This document shows positions 37,107-46,637 of a DNA stretch of 64,000 nucleotides, piece after piece. The notes below the pieces were generated by a model. The model worked only from the letters and a program-made list of their open reading frames with translations. It was not told the DNA's origin and did no database searches. The stretch covers positions 64,022-128,021 of the forward strand of contig JBGULC010000008.1 of the NCBI GenBank assembly GCA_045114775.1. Direction: 5' to 3'. Positions within the stretch are counted from its first letter, which is position 1. Every line of letters starts with the position of its first letter. The position numbers were made by a program, and so were the translations under genes. The DNA is from Christensenellales bacterium (GTDB lineage Bacteria > Bacillota > Clostridia > Christensenellales > CAG-138).

Positions 37107-37145
37107 AACGTTCTCCTCTGTTGAATTAATTATACATGATTTCAC

Positions 37146-37201
37146 TTCTCTTGTCTACTGAATTATAGTAATCGGCCTATCATCTGTTTCAGACAAGAGA
37201 A
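37146..37201. repeat. perfect 11-bp inverted repeat bracketing the lipoprotein-gene promoter
   Basis: TTCTCTTGTCT (37146-37156) and AGACAAGAGAA (37191-37201), 34 bp apart. A minus-strand TATAAT (37167-37162) lies between them. Confidence 0.7.
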
Positions 37202-37273
37202 CCATCCGTCATTCAACATAAATATCGCTGATTACTTGTGCAAAAAGAAAGGGATGATCTGCATGATACATAC

Positions 37274-37300
37274 AAAAAGCCCGCTCTCAGCGGAGCGGGC
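37274..37300 (-). terminator. rho-independent terminator after pyrP
   Basis: On the minus strand: GCCCGCTC-cgctga-GAGCGGGC followed by TTTTT. Confidence 0.8.
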
Positions 37301-37318
37301 TAGGATGGTCTGATTCGA

Positions 37319-38851
37319 TTATTTCTCTTCCTTCAGGGAATTTTGTGCCTTTTTCTTTTTCATGCCGCCGAGGATCAGGTTTGTGAGAACGCCGAGGATC
37401 AGCGCGCAGGCGACCGTGGTGAGATTGACCTTGCCGAAGCTGACGGTCAGGCGGCCGACGCCCGCGATCAGGATGACGGAGACCACGAACAGGTTGCGGT
37501 TGTCGTTCAGATCGGTCTTCTGGATCATCTTGAGACCGGAGACCGCGATGAAGCCGTACAGAGCCATGCAGACGCCGCCCATGACGCAGCTCGGAATCGA
37601 CGCGAGGAACGCGGCGAACGGTCCGACGAAGCTGATCAGGATCGCAAGGATCGCGGTGCAGAGGATCGTAACGACGGAAGCGTTGCCGGAGATTGCGACG
37701 CAGCCGATGGATTCGCCGTAAGTGGTGTTCGGGCAGCCGCCGAAGATCGCGCCTGCGAAGGAGCCGATACCGTCGCCGAGAAGCGTGCGGTGCAGGCCCG
37801 GATCCTCTGTGAGGTCGACGCCGACGATCGAGGACAGGTTCTTATGGTCCGCAATGTGCTCCGCGAACACGACGAACGCGACCGGCACGTATGCGACGAG
37901 GATCGTCAGGAAGTATGCGCCGTTCATTTCGCCGAAGCCCTTGAACGCGGTGAGGAACGTGAAGTCCGGATACCACTGCATGGTCTTGAATCCGGAGAAA
38001 TTGATGATCTGAAGCGCTGCATTGCCGGTTGCGTTGCCGATCAGCGTGAAGACCGCTGCGACGGCATAGCCCGCCAGGATACCCATGATGAACGGGATCA
38101 TCTTCAGCATCTTTTTGCCGTAAACCGAGCAGAGCATCGTGACCGCCAGAGTGATCAGGCCGACGACGAGGCAGAGATACGGATTTGCGTTCTGCACATT
38201 GTTTTCTGCCTTGATAAGGACCGTATCGCCCGCCTTAAGAGTATCGAAAACCTCCGTGCCGGCGAGTTTTGCGGTGTCGAGTGAAATTGCATTGATATCG
38301 ACGTCTTCAAGGATCGTAATGTTCTTTTCTCTCAGATCGTCTTCTGTGACGGTATGCATCACGACGGACTCTTCCGTATGCGTAACGTTGCCTTTCGTGA
38401 GGTCGCCGATCGCGTTGCCCGCGAGCGAAAGACCGATGATCGCAACGATCGGTCCGATGACGATCGCCGGCATCAGCTTGTTAATCCACTTGACGCCCGC
38501 GAACTTGACAGCGATCGCGATGACCACATAGACGAGACCCGCGAACAGTGCGCCGATGATCAGGCCGAGATAGCCGAGCGACATCGAAACACCGCCTGCG
38601 AACGCGGCTGCCATGGAGCCGAGGAACGCGAACGAGCTGCCGAGGAAGACCGGGCTTCTGAATTTCGTGAAGAGCAGGTAAACGAGTGTGCCGACGCCTG
38701 CGCCGAACAGCGCCGCGGTGGAGCTCATGCCGTGACCGACGATCGCCGGGACTGCGATGGTCGCCGCCATGATCGCGAGAAGCTGCTGCAGTGCGAAGAG
38801 CAGCGTCTGACCGAATTTGGGTTTGTCCTTGATGTTGTAGACCAGATTCAT
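37319..38851 (-). CDS. pyrP: uracil permease (NCS2 family) with an internal hydrophilic insertion
   Basis: NCS2-type N-terminus (FGQTLLFALQQLLAIMAATIAVP) and a position downstream of pyrR. At 510 aa it is longer than the roughly 430 aa typical of the family. Confidence 0.85.
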   Translation of the reverse strand: MNLVYNIKDKPKFGQTLLFALQQLLAIMAATIAVPAIVGHGMSSTAALFGAGVGTLVYLLFTKFRSPVFLGSSFAFLGSMAAAFAGGVSMSLGYLGLIIGALFAGLVYVVIAIAVKFAGVKWINKLMPAIVIGPIVAIIGLSLAGNAIGDLTKGNVTHTEESVVMHTVTEDDLREKNITILEDVDINAISLDTAKLAGTEVFDTLKAGDTVLIKAENNVQNANPYLCLVVGLITLAVTMLCSVYGKKMLKMIPFIMGILAGYAVAAVFTLIGNATGNAALQIINFSGFKTMQWYPDFTFLTAFKGFGEMNGAYFLTILVAYVPVAFVVFAEHIADHKNLSSIVGVDLTEDPGLHRTLLGDGIGSFAGAIFGGCPNTTYGESIGCVAISGNASVVTILCTAILAILISFVGPFAAFLASIPSCVMGGVCMALYGFIAVSGLKMIQKTDLNDNRNLFVVSVILIAGVGRLTVSFGKVNLTTVACALILGVLTNLILGGMKKKKAQNSLKEEK

Positions 38852-38922
38852 AATGTACCTCCCTGTGTCCTTTTATTATGATGTGTCTATTGAGAGACCG
38901 TTTTTACGGTCGTTCTCCCCTT

Positions 38923-39462
38923 TTATGCGTCGCGTCTGAAAAGCGCGATCTCGTTTCTGCCGTCGATCTCGGTCACGCGGACGCTGACGAATTCGTCCCG
39001 TGCGGTCGGAATGTTCTTGCCGACGTAGTTTGCCGCGATCGGAAGCTCGCGGTGTCCGCGGTCGACCGCGACGCAAAGTCGGATCGCCGAAGGCCTTCCG
39101 AGCCGGATGACCGCCTCCATGGCGGCGCGGGCCGTGCGACCGGTGTAGATCACATCGTCGACGAGGATCACGGTCTTGCCGTTCACGTCGAACGGGATGT
39201 TCGAACCGTGCACCTGCGGCGACGGAAAAAGCTCCTTGAGATCGTCGCGGTAGAGCGTGATGTCGAGCGCGCCGAGATATACGCGGATATCTGAGAATCG
39301 TTCGATGTTCGTTTTGATCCGTTCCGCGAGCGGGACCCCGCGGCGGCGGATGCCGACGAGATACAGTTCCTCGACGCCCTCGTTCTTTTCGATGATCTCA
39401 TGCGAAAGACGCATCAGCATGCGTTCCATCGTCTTTTCGTCGACCAGAATGTGCTCGTTCAC
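38923..39462 (-). CDS. pyrR: bifunctional pyr operon attenuation protein / uracil phosphoribosyltransferase
   Basis: PRPP-binding motif VILVDDVIYTGRT. The GTG start lies 5 nt after GGGAGG, giving 180 aa. The longer 279-aa ORF runs through the attenuator. Confidence 0.9.
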   Translation of the reverse strand: MNEHILVDEKTMERMLMRLSHEIIEKNEGVEELYLVGIRRRGVPLAERIKTNIERFSDIRVYLGALDITLYRDDLKELFPSPQVHGSNIPFDVNGKTVILVDDVIYTGRTARAAMEAVIRLGRPSAIRLCVAVDRGHRELPIAANYVGKNIPTARDEFVSVRVTEIDGRNEIALFRRDA

Positions 39463-39575
39463 GGCGTCCTCCCATACAAAAAATCCTGCCGTACGGACGG
39501 CAGGACAGAATACGCCTTTTGCGTTGTAACCAGACCTTGCCGGTATCCCGTACCGAATTAAAGGATCTCTTTGAT
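39463..39575 (-). promoter_or_regulatory. PyrR-dependent transcription attenuator (binding loop plus terminator) in the pyrR leader
   Basis: The leader RNA contains AGAUCCUUUAAU-UCGGUACGGGAUACCG-GCAAGGUCU. The CCUUUAAU...GCAAGG flanks match what I recall for PyrR binding loops. It is followed by UCCUGCCGU-ccgu-ACGGCAGGA plus UUUUUU (39478-39505), 15 nt before the GTG. Confidence 0.7.
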
Positions 39576-39582
39576 TTTCGAC

Positions 39583-39611
39583 ATCATACCACAGCATATT
39601 GATTTTGTAAA
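39583..39611 (-). promoter_or_regulatory. pyrR-pyrP promoter
   Basis: On the minus strand: TTTACA (39611-39606), 17-nt spacer, TGgTATGAT (-10 at 39588-39583). Confidence 0.6.
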
Positions 39612-39676
39612 GAGCTTCTTGGAGATATCTTGTAGATTTTACATGAAGCTTACGGGAACTTTTCCTACGCCGCCAC

Positions 39677-39705
39677 TTGTGCAAACGATGTGTATATGGT
39701 AAAAT
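39677..39705 (+). promoter_or_regulatory. promoter of DUF4364-pcrA-ligA
   Basis: TTGTGC (39677-39682), 17-nt spacer, TAAAAT (39700-39705). Confidence 0.5.
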
Positions 39706-39727
39706 ATGATATCTATGGAGGTAACGG

Positions 39728-40249
39728 ATGCCATATTTTACACACGGAGAAACCAAAAACAAACTTATTCTTCTCTATATCGCGGACCGCGCCGTCTCGA
39801 TTCCGACGCGTGCACAGCTTTATCGCACGGCGATTCTGAACACGGCGATGGAATACTTCTCCTTTGAAGAAGCCTTGGGAGAACTCCTTGAGGACGGTCT
39901 CGTTGCCGAAGTTCCGAAGCCATACGGCGACTGCCTCGGCGTAACCGATCTCGGACGCGAGGCGCTCACCATGTTCAAAAAGAGCATTCCGCAGGACGAG
40001 CGGAGAAAGCTGGATGAATATCTCGACGCGCACCGGAACGATTTTGCACGCGAGACGCAGATCGCAAGCCGCATTGAGAAGACCGACGCGGGCGTAACGC
40101 TGCATCTGATGCTTACCGAGGCCGACCGCGTAATCCTGTCTCTGTCGCTCTCCGCGGCAAGCGAGGAGCAGGCGATCGCCATGCGCAGCCGCTGGGAGAA
40201 AGGCAGTGAACCCATTTATAATTATATCTTTGACATGCTTACCAAATAA
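39728..40249 (+). CDS. DUF4364-family protein
   Basis: The N-terminus ...NKLILLYIADRAVSIPTRAQLYRTAILNTAMEYFSFEEALGELLEDGLV matches my memory of the family pattern. Length is 173 aa, with a GGAGG RBS. Confidence 0.5.
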   Translation: MPYFTHGETKNKLILLYIADRAVSIPTRAQLYRTAILNTAMEYFSFEEALGELLEDGLVAEVPKPYGDCLGVTDLGREALTMFKKSIPQDERRKLDEYLDAHRNDFARETQIASRIEKTDAGVTLHLMLTEADRVILSLSLSAASEEQAIAMRSRWEKGSEPIYNYIFDMLTK

Positions 40250-40261
40250 ATCGAGGGAACT

Positions 40262-42484
40262 ATGGATCTGACAAAGCTCAACCCGCCGCAGCGCGAAGCG
40301 GTCACGACCACGGAAGGACCGCTTCTGATCCTTGCCGGCGCGGGCAGCGGAAAGACGCGCGTGCTGACGCACCGCATCGCATATATAATAGAAGAAAAGG
40401 ATGTGTCGCCGTACCGCATCCTTGCTTTGACCTTTACGAACAAGGCCGCGAAGGAGATGCGCGAGCGCGTCGACGCGCTGGTCGAGACCGATGCGCGGTC
40501 CATCTGGGTCGCGACGTTCCACGGCTTCTGTGCGCGGCTTCTGTCGATGGAGATCGAGCGGCTCGGCTACGGCAAGACGTTCATCATCTACGACGAACAG
40601 GACCAGCAATCGCTGATCGGGCATATCATCAAGGATATGAACCTGAACGACAAGGTCTTCAGTAAGCGCATGCTCGCCGCGATCTTCTCAAACGCGAAAA
40701 ACCACTCCCTGAACCCGCTTGCTTTTTTGCAGGAGACGGGACAGCCGATCCAGATCCTGGAAGCATATAAGCTCTATGAGAAGCGTTTGAAGGATGCGAA
40801 CGCGCTGGACTTCGACGATCTGCTGCTGTTCACGATCCGGCTGTTCGAAAAAAATCCCGACGTGCTCGAAAAATGGCGCGAACGCTTCCGCTATATCCTC
40901 GTCGACGAGTATCAGGACACGAACCTTGCGCAGTATCATATCGTGAATCTGCTCGCCAAAAAGCATCGGAATCTCTGCGTGGTCGGCGACGACGATCAGA
41001 GCATCTATGCGTGGCGCGGTGCGGACATCCGCAACATCCTCGAATTCGAGAAGGATTTCGAGGGGTGCAAGGTCATCCGGCTCGAACAGAACTACCGCTC
41101 GACCGAAAGGATCCTCGACGCGGCGAACGCGGTCATTCACAACAACAAAGGCCGCAAGGAAAAGAAGCTGTGGACCGCCGAAAAGGGCGGCGTGCCGATC
41201 GACGTGCACGAGGCGACCGACGAGCGCGATGAAGCGTACTATATCTGTTCACAGATTGCAAACGGCGTCCGGTCCGGCGCGCGATACGACGATTATGCGA
41301 TCCTCTATCGTACGCACGCGCAAAGCCGCGTGGTCGAAATGATGCTGAAAAGCTTCCTGACCCCCTACCGTGTCTACGGCGGCGTGTCGTTCTTCTCGCG
41401 CGCGGAGGTCAAGGATATTCTCGCATATCTGCGGCTCATTCTGAACCCCGCGGACGACGAAGCGTTTCTGCGCGCGGTCAATACGCCCTCGCGCGGCATC
41501 GGCGCGCAAAGCATTTCCGTTCTTGCGGAAAGCGCGCATCGCCGCGGGATCCCGCTGATGAGCGCCGTGATCGCGCCGGACGACGTCCCCGCCCGCACCG
41601 CTGCGAAATTCACGCCGTTTCTGAATCTGTTTCAGAAGCTGTATGAGCTTCTGGACACTATGCCGCTTGCGGACTTTACCCGCGAGCTTCTGGAGCGAAT
41701 CGGCTATGACGCATACCTCAGAGACGACAAAAAGGAGAATTACGAAACCCGCGCCGAGGTCGTCGAGGAGCTTTTGGGATATATCGAAGAGTTCGAACAA
41801 AGCTATACCGAAAACGGCGGCAACGTGCTGCAGGCGTTTTTGACGAACGTCGCACTGTTTTCGCAGGCCGACAACGTAGACGAAACGAACGGCTGTGTGA
41901 ATCTGATGACGCTGCACGCCGCAAAGGGGCTCGAGTTCCCGAATGTCTTTATGTGCGGCATGGAGGAGGGGCTCTTCCCCTCAAGCCAAGCGGCCTATGA
42001 CGACGACAAGCTCGAAGAGGAGCGCCGACTGTGCTACGTCGGCGTGACCCGTGCCAAGAAGCGGCTGTACCTTTCCTACGCGAAGGAGCGTACGCTCTAC
42101 GGCCGCACCGAAGCGGCGCTGCCCTCCCGGTTCCTGACGGAAATGGGCGACACGATCGAGATGCCGAACGCGCGTCCCGTCAGGCGTCCGACGCAGGAAC
42201 GCCGTTGGGACGGCGGATCCGTTTCCTCGTTCTTCGCGGCTCCGATCGTGAAAAAGCCGCAGGCGTCCGCGAGGGCCGACGTCGGCACGAAACCGGAAGC
42301 GCCGAAAAAGAACGCGAACTTCACCGGTAAGGTCGGCGACCGTATCCGACACAAGCTGTTCGGTGAAGGCGTCATCGTCGAAACTGACGGCAGCGGCGCG
42401 TCGATGATCGTGCAGGTCCGCTTTGAAAACGGAGAGACCAAAAAACTGGCGGCGGCTTTCGCGCCGATCGAGATTCTGGAGTGA
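40262..42484 (+). CDS. pcrA: ATP-dependent DNA helicase PcrA (UvrD family)
   Basis: Walker A AGAGSGKT, DEYQDT, VGDDDQSIYAWRGA, and TLHAAKGLEF. Confidence 0.95.
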   Translation: MDLTKLNPPQREAVTTTEGPLLILAGAGSGKTRVLTHRIAYIIEEKDVSPYRILALTFTNKAAKEMRERVDALVETDARSIWVATFHGFCARLLSMEIERLGYGKTFIIYDEQDQQSLIGHIIKDMNLNDKVFSKRMLAAIFSNAKNHSLNPLAFLQETGQPIQILEAYKLYEKRLKDANALDFDDLLLFTIRLFEKNPDVLEKWRERFRYILVDEYQDTNLAQYHIVNLLAKKHRNLCVVGDDDQSIYAWRGADIRNILEFEKDFEGCKVIRLEQNYRSTERILDAANAVIHNNKGRKEKKLWTAEKGGVPIDVHEATDERDEAYYICSQIANGVRSGARYDDYAILYRTHAQSRVVEMMLKSFLTPYRVYGGVSFFSRAEVKDILAYLRLILNPADDEAFLRAVNTPSRGIGAQSISVLAESAHRRGIPLMSAVIAPDDVPARTAAKFTPFLNLFQKLYELLDTMPLADFTRELLERIGYDAYLRDDKKENYETRAEVVEELLGYIEEFEQSYTENGGNVLQAFLTNVALFSQADNVDETNGCVNLMTLHAAKGLEFPNVFMCGMEEGLFPSSQAAYDDDKLEEERRLCYVGVTRAKKRLYLSYAKERTLYGRTEAALPSRFLTEMGDTIEMPNARPVRRPTQERRWDGGSVSSFFAAPIVKKPQASARADVGTKPEAPKKNANFTGKVGDRIRHKLFGEGVIVETDGSGASMIVQVRFENGETKKLAAAFAPIEILE

Positions 42485-42487
42485 GCT

Positions 42488-44440
42488 ATGGACAGACAGC
42501 ATGAATTGGTTGAAATACTGAATCGTTACGCGGCGGCCTACTACGAACAGGATGCGCCGCTCGTTTCCGACGCCGAATACGACAGACTTTACGACGAGCT
42601 TTTGAAAATCGAGGCGGAGACGGGCGTCGTGCTCCCGAACAGTCCCACGCTGCGCGTCGGCGGCGCACCGCTGAAAAGCTTTGCGGAGCATCGACATCTC
42701 GGCAGGCTTTGGAGCCTCGACAAGGTACGCACCCGCGAAGGCCTCGTTGATTTTATCCGCAAGGTGACCGCCGCTTCACCCGAACCGCCGCTCTTCGGTC
42801 TCGAATACAAGTTCGACGGGCTGACCGTAAACCTGACCTATGAAAACGGTGTGCTTACGCAAGGCGCGACGCGCGGCAACGGCGTGACCGGCGAAGCGAT
42901 TCTCCCGCAGCTGCGGACGATCCGCACCGTTCCGCTCACGATCCCGTTCAAGGGACGTATGGAGGTGCAGGGCGAATGCATCATGCGGCTTTCCGTACTC
43001 GAAGCCTATAACCGCACGGCAACCGAACCGCTGAAAAATGCGCGCAACGCCGCCGCAGGCGCGCTGCGAAACCTCGATCCGGCGGTGACTGCTGCAAGAA
43101 AGCTTGACGTATTCTGCTACAACGTCGGCTACATCGAAGGCAAAGAATTGAAAAATCAGGCGGAAATGCTGGATTTCCTGAAGGAAAACGGCTTCCCCGT
43201 CTGCCCGTTCGTGCGTTGGCTCAGAACGCCCGATGAGATCATGCATGAGATCGACCTTGCCGAAGAACGGCGCGACACGCTCGATTTCCTGATCGACGGC
43301 ATGGTCGTCAAGGTCACGGATTTTGCGTTGCGGGACGCTTTGGGCGCGACCGAGAAGTTCCCGCGCTGGGCGATGGCCTATAAGTTCGCCGCCGAGGAGC
43401 TGACCGCGACGGTTTTGGACGTGACCTGGGAGGTCGGCCGGACCGGCAAACTCACGCCGCTCGCGCACATCGAGCCGGTCGAGTTCTCCGGCGTAACGGT
43501 GAAAAAAGCGACGCTGAACAACTGGGACGACGTACAGCGCAAGCGCGTCGGCATCGGCTCGCGCGTGTTCATCCGCAGAAGCAACGACGTGATCCCGGAG
43601 ATCCTCGGTGCGGTGCCGGACGACAACCCCCTCCGCCCCGTTATGAAGCCTTCCGTGTGCCCGCAATGCGGTGCGCACGTCGAAACGCGCGGCGCACACC
43701 TCTACTGCACGAATTCGCTCTCCTGCCGTCCGCAGATCGTGGCGCGGCTTTCGCACTACGCCTCGCGCGACGCGATGGACATCGACACGTTCGCGGGCAA
43801 GACTGCCGAACAGCTCATCGACGCGTTCGGTATTCGCACGATCCCCGAGCTTTACGCGCTCTCGCACGAGCAGCTTGCCGCGCTGGAACGTTTCGGACAT
43901 AAAAAAGCGCAGAACCTTCTGGACGCCTTGGAGGCGAGCAAGCACCGTCCTTTGGCCGCGTTCCTCTTTGCGCTCGGCATTCCGAACGTCGGGACCAAGA
44001 CCGCGAAGGACCTTGCGCGGCGCTTCGGCACGCTGGACGCGGTGCGCCATGCGAGCAAGGAAGAGCTTGCCGCGATCGACGACGTCGGCGACGTTGTGGC
44101 AGACTGCATCGTGACCTTCTTTGCCGATCCGCGTATTTCGGATCAGATCGACAGGCTACTCTCGCTCGGCGTGCATCCCGAGGAGGTCAAAACGGCTGAC
44201 AGCGGGAATCTGCCGCTTGCGGGCATGACGGTCGTCATCACCGGAACGCTCAGTACGCTTTCGCGCAGGGACGCGGAAGCGCTCGTTGAGGAGAACGGCG
44301 GCAAAGCGTCCGAGAGCGTATCGAAGAACACATCGTTCGTGGTTGTCGGCGAAAACGCCGGAAGCAAGGCGACCAAGGCGCAAGCCCTCGGCATTCCCAT
44401 GATCGATGAACAGGAATTTTTGAAACGGATCGGAAAATGA
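42488..44440 (+). CDS. ligA: NAD-dependent DNA ligase
   Basis: Adenylation motif EYKFDGL, a zinc finger (CPQCG...C), HhH repeats and a BRCT C-terminus. Confidence 0.95.
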   Translation: MDRQHELVEILNRYAAAYYEQDAPLVSDAEYDRLYDELLKIEAETGVVLPNSPTLRVGGAPLKSFAEHRHLGRLWSLDKVRTREGLVDFIRKVTAASPEPPLFGLEYKFDGLTVNLTYENGVLTQGATRGNGVTGEAILPQLRTIRTVPLTIPFKGRMEVQGECIMRLSVLEAYNRTATEPLKNARNAAAGALRNLDPAVTAARKLDVFCYNVGYIEGKELKNQAEMLDFLKENGFPVCPFVRWLRTPDEIMHEIDLAEERRDTLDFLIDGMVVKVTDFALRDALGATEKFPRWAMAYKFAAEELTATVLDVTWEVGRTGKLTPLAHIEPVEFSGVTVKKATLNNWDDVQRKRVGIGSRVFIRRSNDVIPEILGAVPDDNPLRPVMKPSVCPQCGAHVETRGAHLYCTNSLSCRPQIVARLSHYASRDAMDIDTFAGKTAEQLIDAFGIRTIPELYALSHEQLAALERFGHKKAQNLLDALEASKHRPLAAFLFALGIPNVGTKTAKDLARRFGTLDAVRHASKEELAAIDDVGDVVADCIVTFFADPRISDQIDRLLSLGVHPEEVKTADSGNLPLAGMTVVITGTLSTLSRRDAEALVEENGGKASESVSKNTSFVVVGENAGSKATKAQALGIPMIDEQEFLKRIGK

Positions 44441-45399
44441 AATTCGGCAAACTCGACAACGATACATTGGAACGGCTGATCCTCGACCGGTTTACAAAAA
44501 CGCGGCCGGAGTCGTTCGGCGCGCCGCGCATCGGCATGGACTGCGCGATGCTGGATTTTCAGGGGGATCTGATCGTCACGAGCACGGATCCCATCACGAG
44601 CGCGGACGCAAAGCACATCGGCGCGCTTTCCGTGCACGTCAACTGCAACGACGCGGCGGCGGGCGGCGCGGAGCCGGTCGCGCTGCTCGTCACACTTTTG
44701 CTCCCGCCTTCTGAAACGGAAGAAACGGTCGCCATGATCGCGAACGACCTTCAGAACGCGGCGGCGCTTGCGGGTGTAGACATTATCGGCGGGCACACCG
44801 AGGTGACCGACGCGGTCACGCGCGTTATAACCTGCACGACCGTGCTCGCAAGAACGCCGCGGGCGAAGATGCTCACCGGCGTCGTGCCCGGCGATGAGAT
44901 CGTGATGACCAAATGGGCGGGGCTCGAAGGCACCATGCTGATCGCAGGCGACCGGCCTGCGCTCCTCTCCTCCGTCTCCGCGGAAACGCTCGAACGCGCA
45001 AAAGCGCTCTCGCAGTATCTTTCGGTCGTACCGGAAAGCCGGATCGCGATGCGGCACGGCGCGCACGCGATGCACGACGTCACCGAGGGCGGCGTGCTCG
45101 GCGCGGTCTGGGAGCTTGCGGCGCAGGGGCATTGCGGCGCGGTCGTCGACAAGGACGCGATCCCGGTGCTGCCCGAAACGATCGCGATCGCAGAAGCGGT
45201 CGGCGTCGATCCCTACCGACTGATGGCAAGCGGCTCGCTTTTGATCGCCTGCGAAAACGGTGCGGAAACGGCTGCAGCGCTGAAAGAAGTCGGTATTCCA
45301 GCCGCCGTGATCGGAAGGATCACTGCGCACGGTTTTTACTTTTCCGACGGTTCACCGCTCGATCCGCCGGGTCCTGATGAGCTTTATCGGCTGTTTTAG
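44437..45399 (+). CDS. AIR-synthase-related (PurM/HypE/ThiL superfamily) protein of unknown role
   Basis: DCAMLDF...STDPIT and GGHTEVT motifs. Its start overlaps the ligA stop (ATGA). Confidence 0.65.
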   Translation: MKFGKLDNDTLERLILDRFTKTRPESFGAPRIGMDCAMLDFQGDLIVTSTDPITSADAKHIGALSVHVNCNDAAAGGAEPVALLVTLLLPPSETEETVAMIANDLQNAAALAGVDIIGGHTEVTDAVTRVITCTTVLARTPRAKMLTGVVPGDEIVMTKWAGLEGTMLIAGDRPALLSSVSAETLERAKALSQYLSVVPESRIAMRHGAHAMHDVTEGGVLGAVWELAAQGHCGAVVDKDAIPVLPETIAIAEAVGVDPYRLMASGSLLIACENGAETAAALKEVGIPAAVIGRITAHGFYFSDGSPLDPPGPDELYRLF

Positions 45400-45431
45400 G
45401 CCGATATTCAGAAATTTTCCATGTTCCGCTC

Positions 45432-45461
45432 TTGTGTTTTCGGGAAGGACTATGGTATAAT
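45432..45461 (+). promoter_or_regulatory. promoter of yicC-remA-gmk-rpoZ
   Basis: TTGTGT (45432-45437), 18-nt spacer, TGgTATAAT (-10 at 45456-45461). Confidence 0.5.
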
Positions 45462-45483
45462 TTGGTGTTGCGGAGGTAAGTGT

Positions 45484-46359
45484 ATGAAAAGCATGACCGG
45501 ATACGGAAAAGGCGTCGTCTCCCGCGACGGACGCGAGCTGACCGTTGAACTGAAGAGCGTGAATCATCGCTTTTTGGACGTTTCGATGCGTCTGCCGCGC
45601 GTGCTGTCCTGCATTGAAGACACGCTCCGCACGGCGATCGCCGCACGGCTTGCCCGCGGACATGTCGACGTATTCGTGAACTACCGCAACACCCGCAGCG
45701 ACGCGAAGAGCGTTTGCGTGGACGGTCAGCTATTATCCGAATATGTGAAGGCAGCAAGAACCGCGAATGAAGCCCTTGGTCTGCATGACGATTTAACGCT
45801 CTCCAACGTCCTTCGTCTCCCTGACGTCACCGAGATCGTTCCCGCCGACGAGGACAACGACGCGCTGATCGCACTTGCGAAGGATGCAGCGGATCTTGCA
45901 TTGGATGCGCTGATCGAGATGCGGATCGCCGAGGGCAGCAGACTCAGGACCGCTTTGGAAAACGGTGTAAACAACATGGACGCGTATCGCGAAGAGATCC
46001 TTGCCCGCGCGCCGTTCGTCGCCGAGGATTACCGCAGAAAGCTGACCGAGCGCATCGAATCGGTGCTCAGTGATACCGAGATCGACCGCGCGAGGCTTGC
46101 GACCGAGATTGCGCTGTTTGCGGACCGCTGCTGCATCGACGAGGAGCTCGTGCGACTCAAGAGCCACATCGCACAGTTTCGCACCTATCTGGACGCCGAG
46201 GAGCCGGTCGGCCGGAATATGGATTTCATCGTGCAGGAAATGAACCGCGAATGCAACACGATCGGCAGCAAAGCGAACGACGCTGCACTGACGAAATCTG
46301 TTCTTGTGTGCAAGGCGGAGATCGAAAAGCTCAGAGAGCAGATCCAGAACGTGGAGTGA
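45484..46359 (+). CDS. YicC-family protein (YloC-like)
   Basis: [10 protein letters not shown]...[11 protein letters not shown]. The start is trimmed to the ATG behind a GGAGG RBS. Confidence 0.9.
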   Translation: MKSMTGYGKGVVSRDGRELTVELKSVNHRFLDVSMRLPRVLSCIEDTLRTAIAARLARGHVDVFVNYRNTRSDAKSVCVDGQLLSEYVKAARTANEALGLHDDLTLSNVLRLPDVTEIVPADEDNDALIALAKDAADLALDALIEMRIAEGSRLRTALENGVNNMDAYREEILARAPFVAEDYRRKLTERIESVLSDTEIDRARLATEIALFADRCCIDEELVRLKSHIAQFRTYLDAEEPVGRNMDFIVQEMNRECNTIGSKANDAALTKSVLVCKAEIEKLREQIQNVE

Positions 46360-46363
46360 CGCC

Positions 46364-46627
46364 ATGACGGAGAATTCCCCTCTCGTTTCGGTCGGGTTCG
46401 GAAATATCGTTTCCGGTTCCCGCATCATTGCGATCGTTTCGCCGGACTCGGCTCCGGTGAAGCGGCTCATACAGGACGCGCGCGAACGCAGGCTGCTCAT
46501 CGACGCGAGCTGCGGCCGCAAAACGCGCGCCGTGCTCGTAATGGACAGCGGCCATGTCGTGCTGTCCGCTCTGCAGTCGGAAACCGTCGCCCGCCGGCTG
46601 AACGCCGAGTGGAGCAATGAAGGATAA
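46364..46627 (+). CDS. remA: RemA/YlzA (DUF370) family regulator
   Basis: [32 protein letters not shown]...[25 protein letters not shown]. Length is 87 aa. Confidence 0.85.
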   Translation: MTENSPLVSVGFGNIVSGSRIIAIVSPDSAPVKRLIQDARERRLLIDASCGRKTRAVLVMDSGHVVLSALQSETVARRLNAEWSNEG

Positions 46628-46637
46628 GGAGAATGGT

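Noticed and set aside
38852-38922. A second PyrR attenuator between pyrR and pyrP (hairpin GAGA-ac-GACCG-uaaaaa-CGGUC-UCUC).
   Set aside because: There is no U-tract after the hairpin, and I see no CCUUUAAU...GCAAGG-type binding-loop flanks. It may be only an intercistronic stem.
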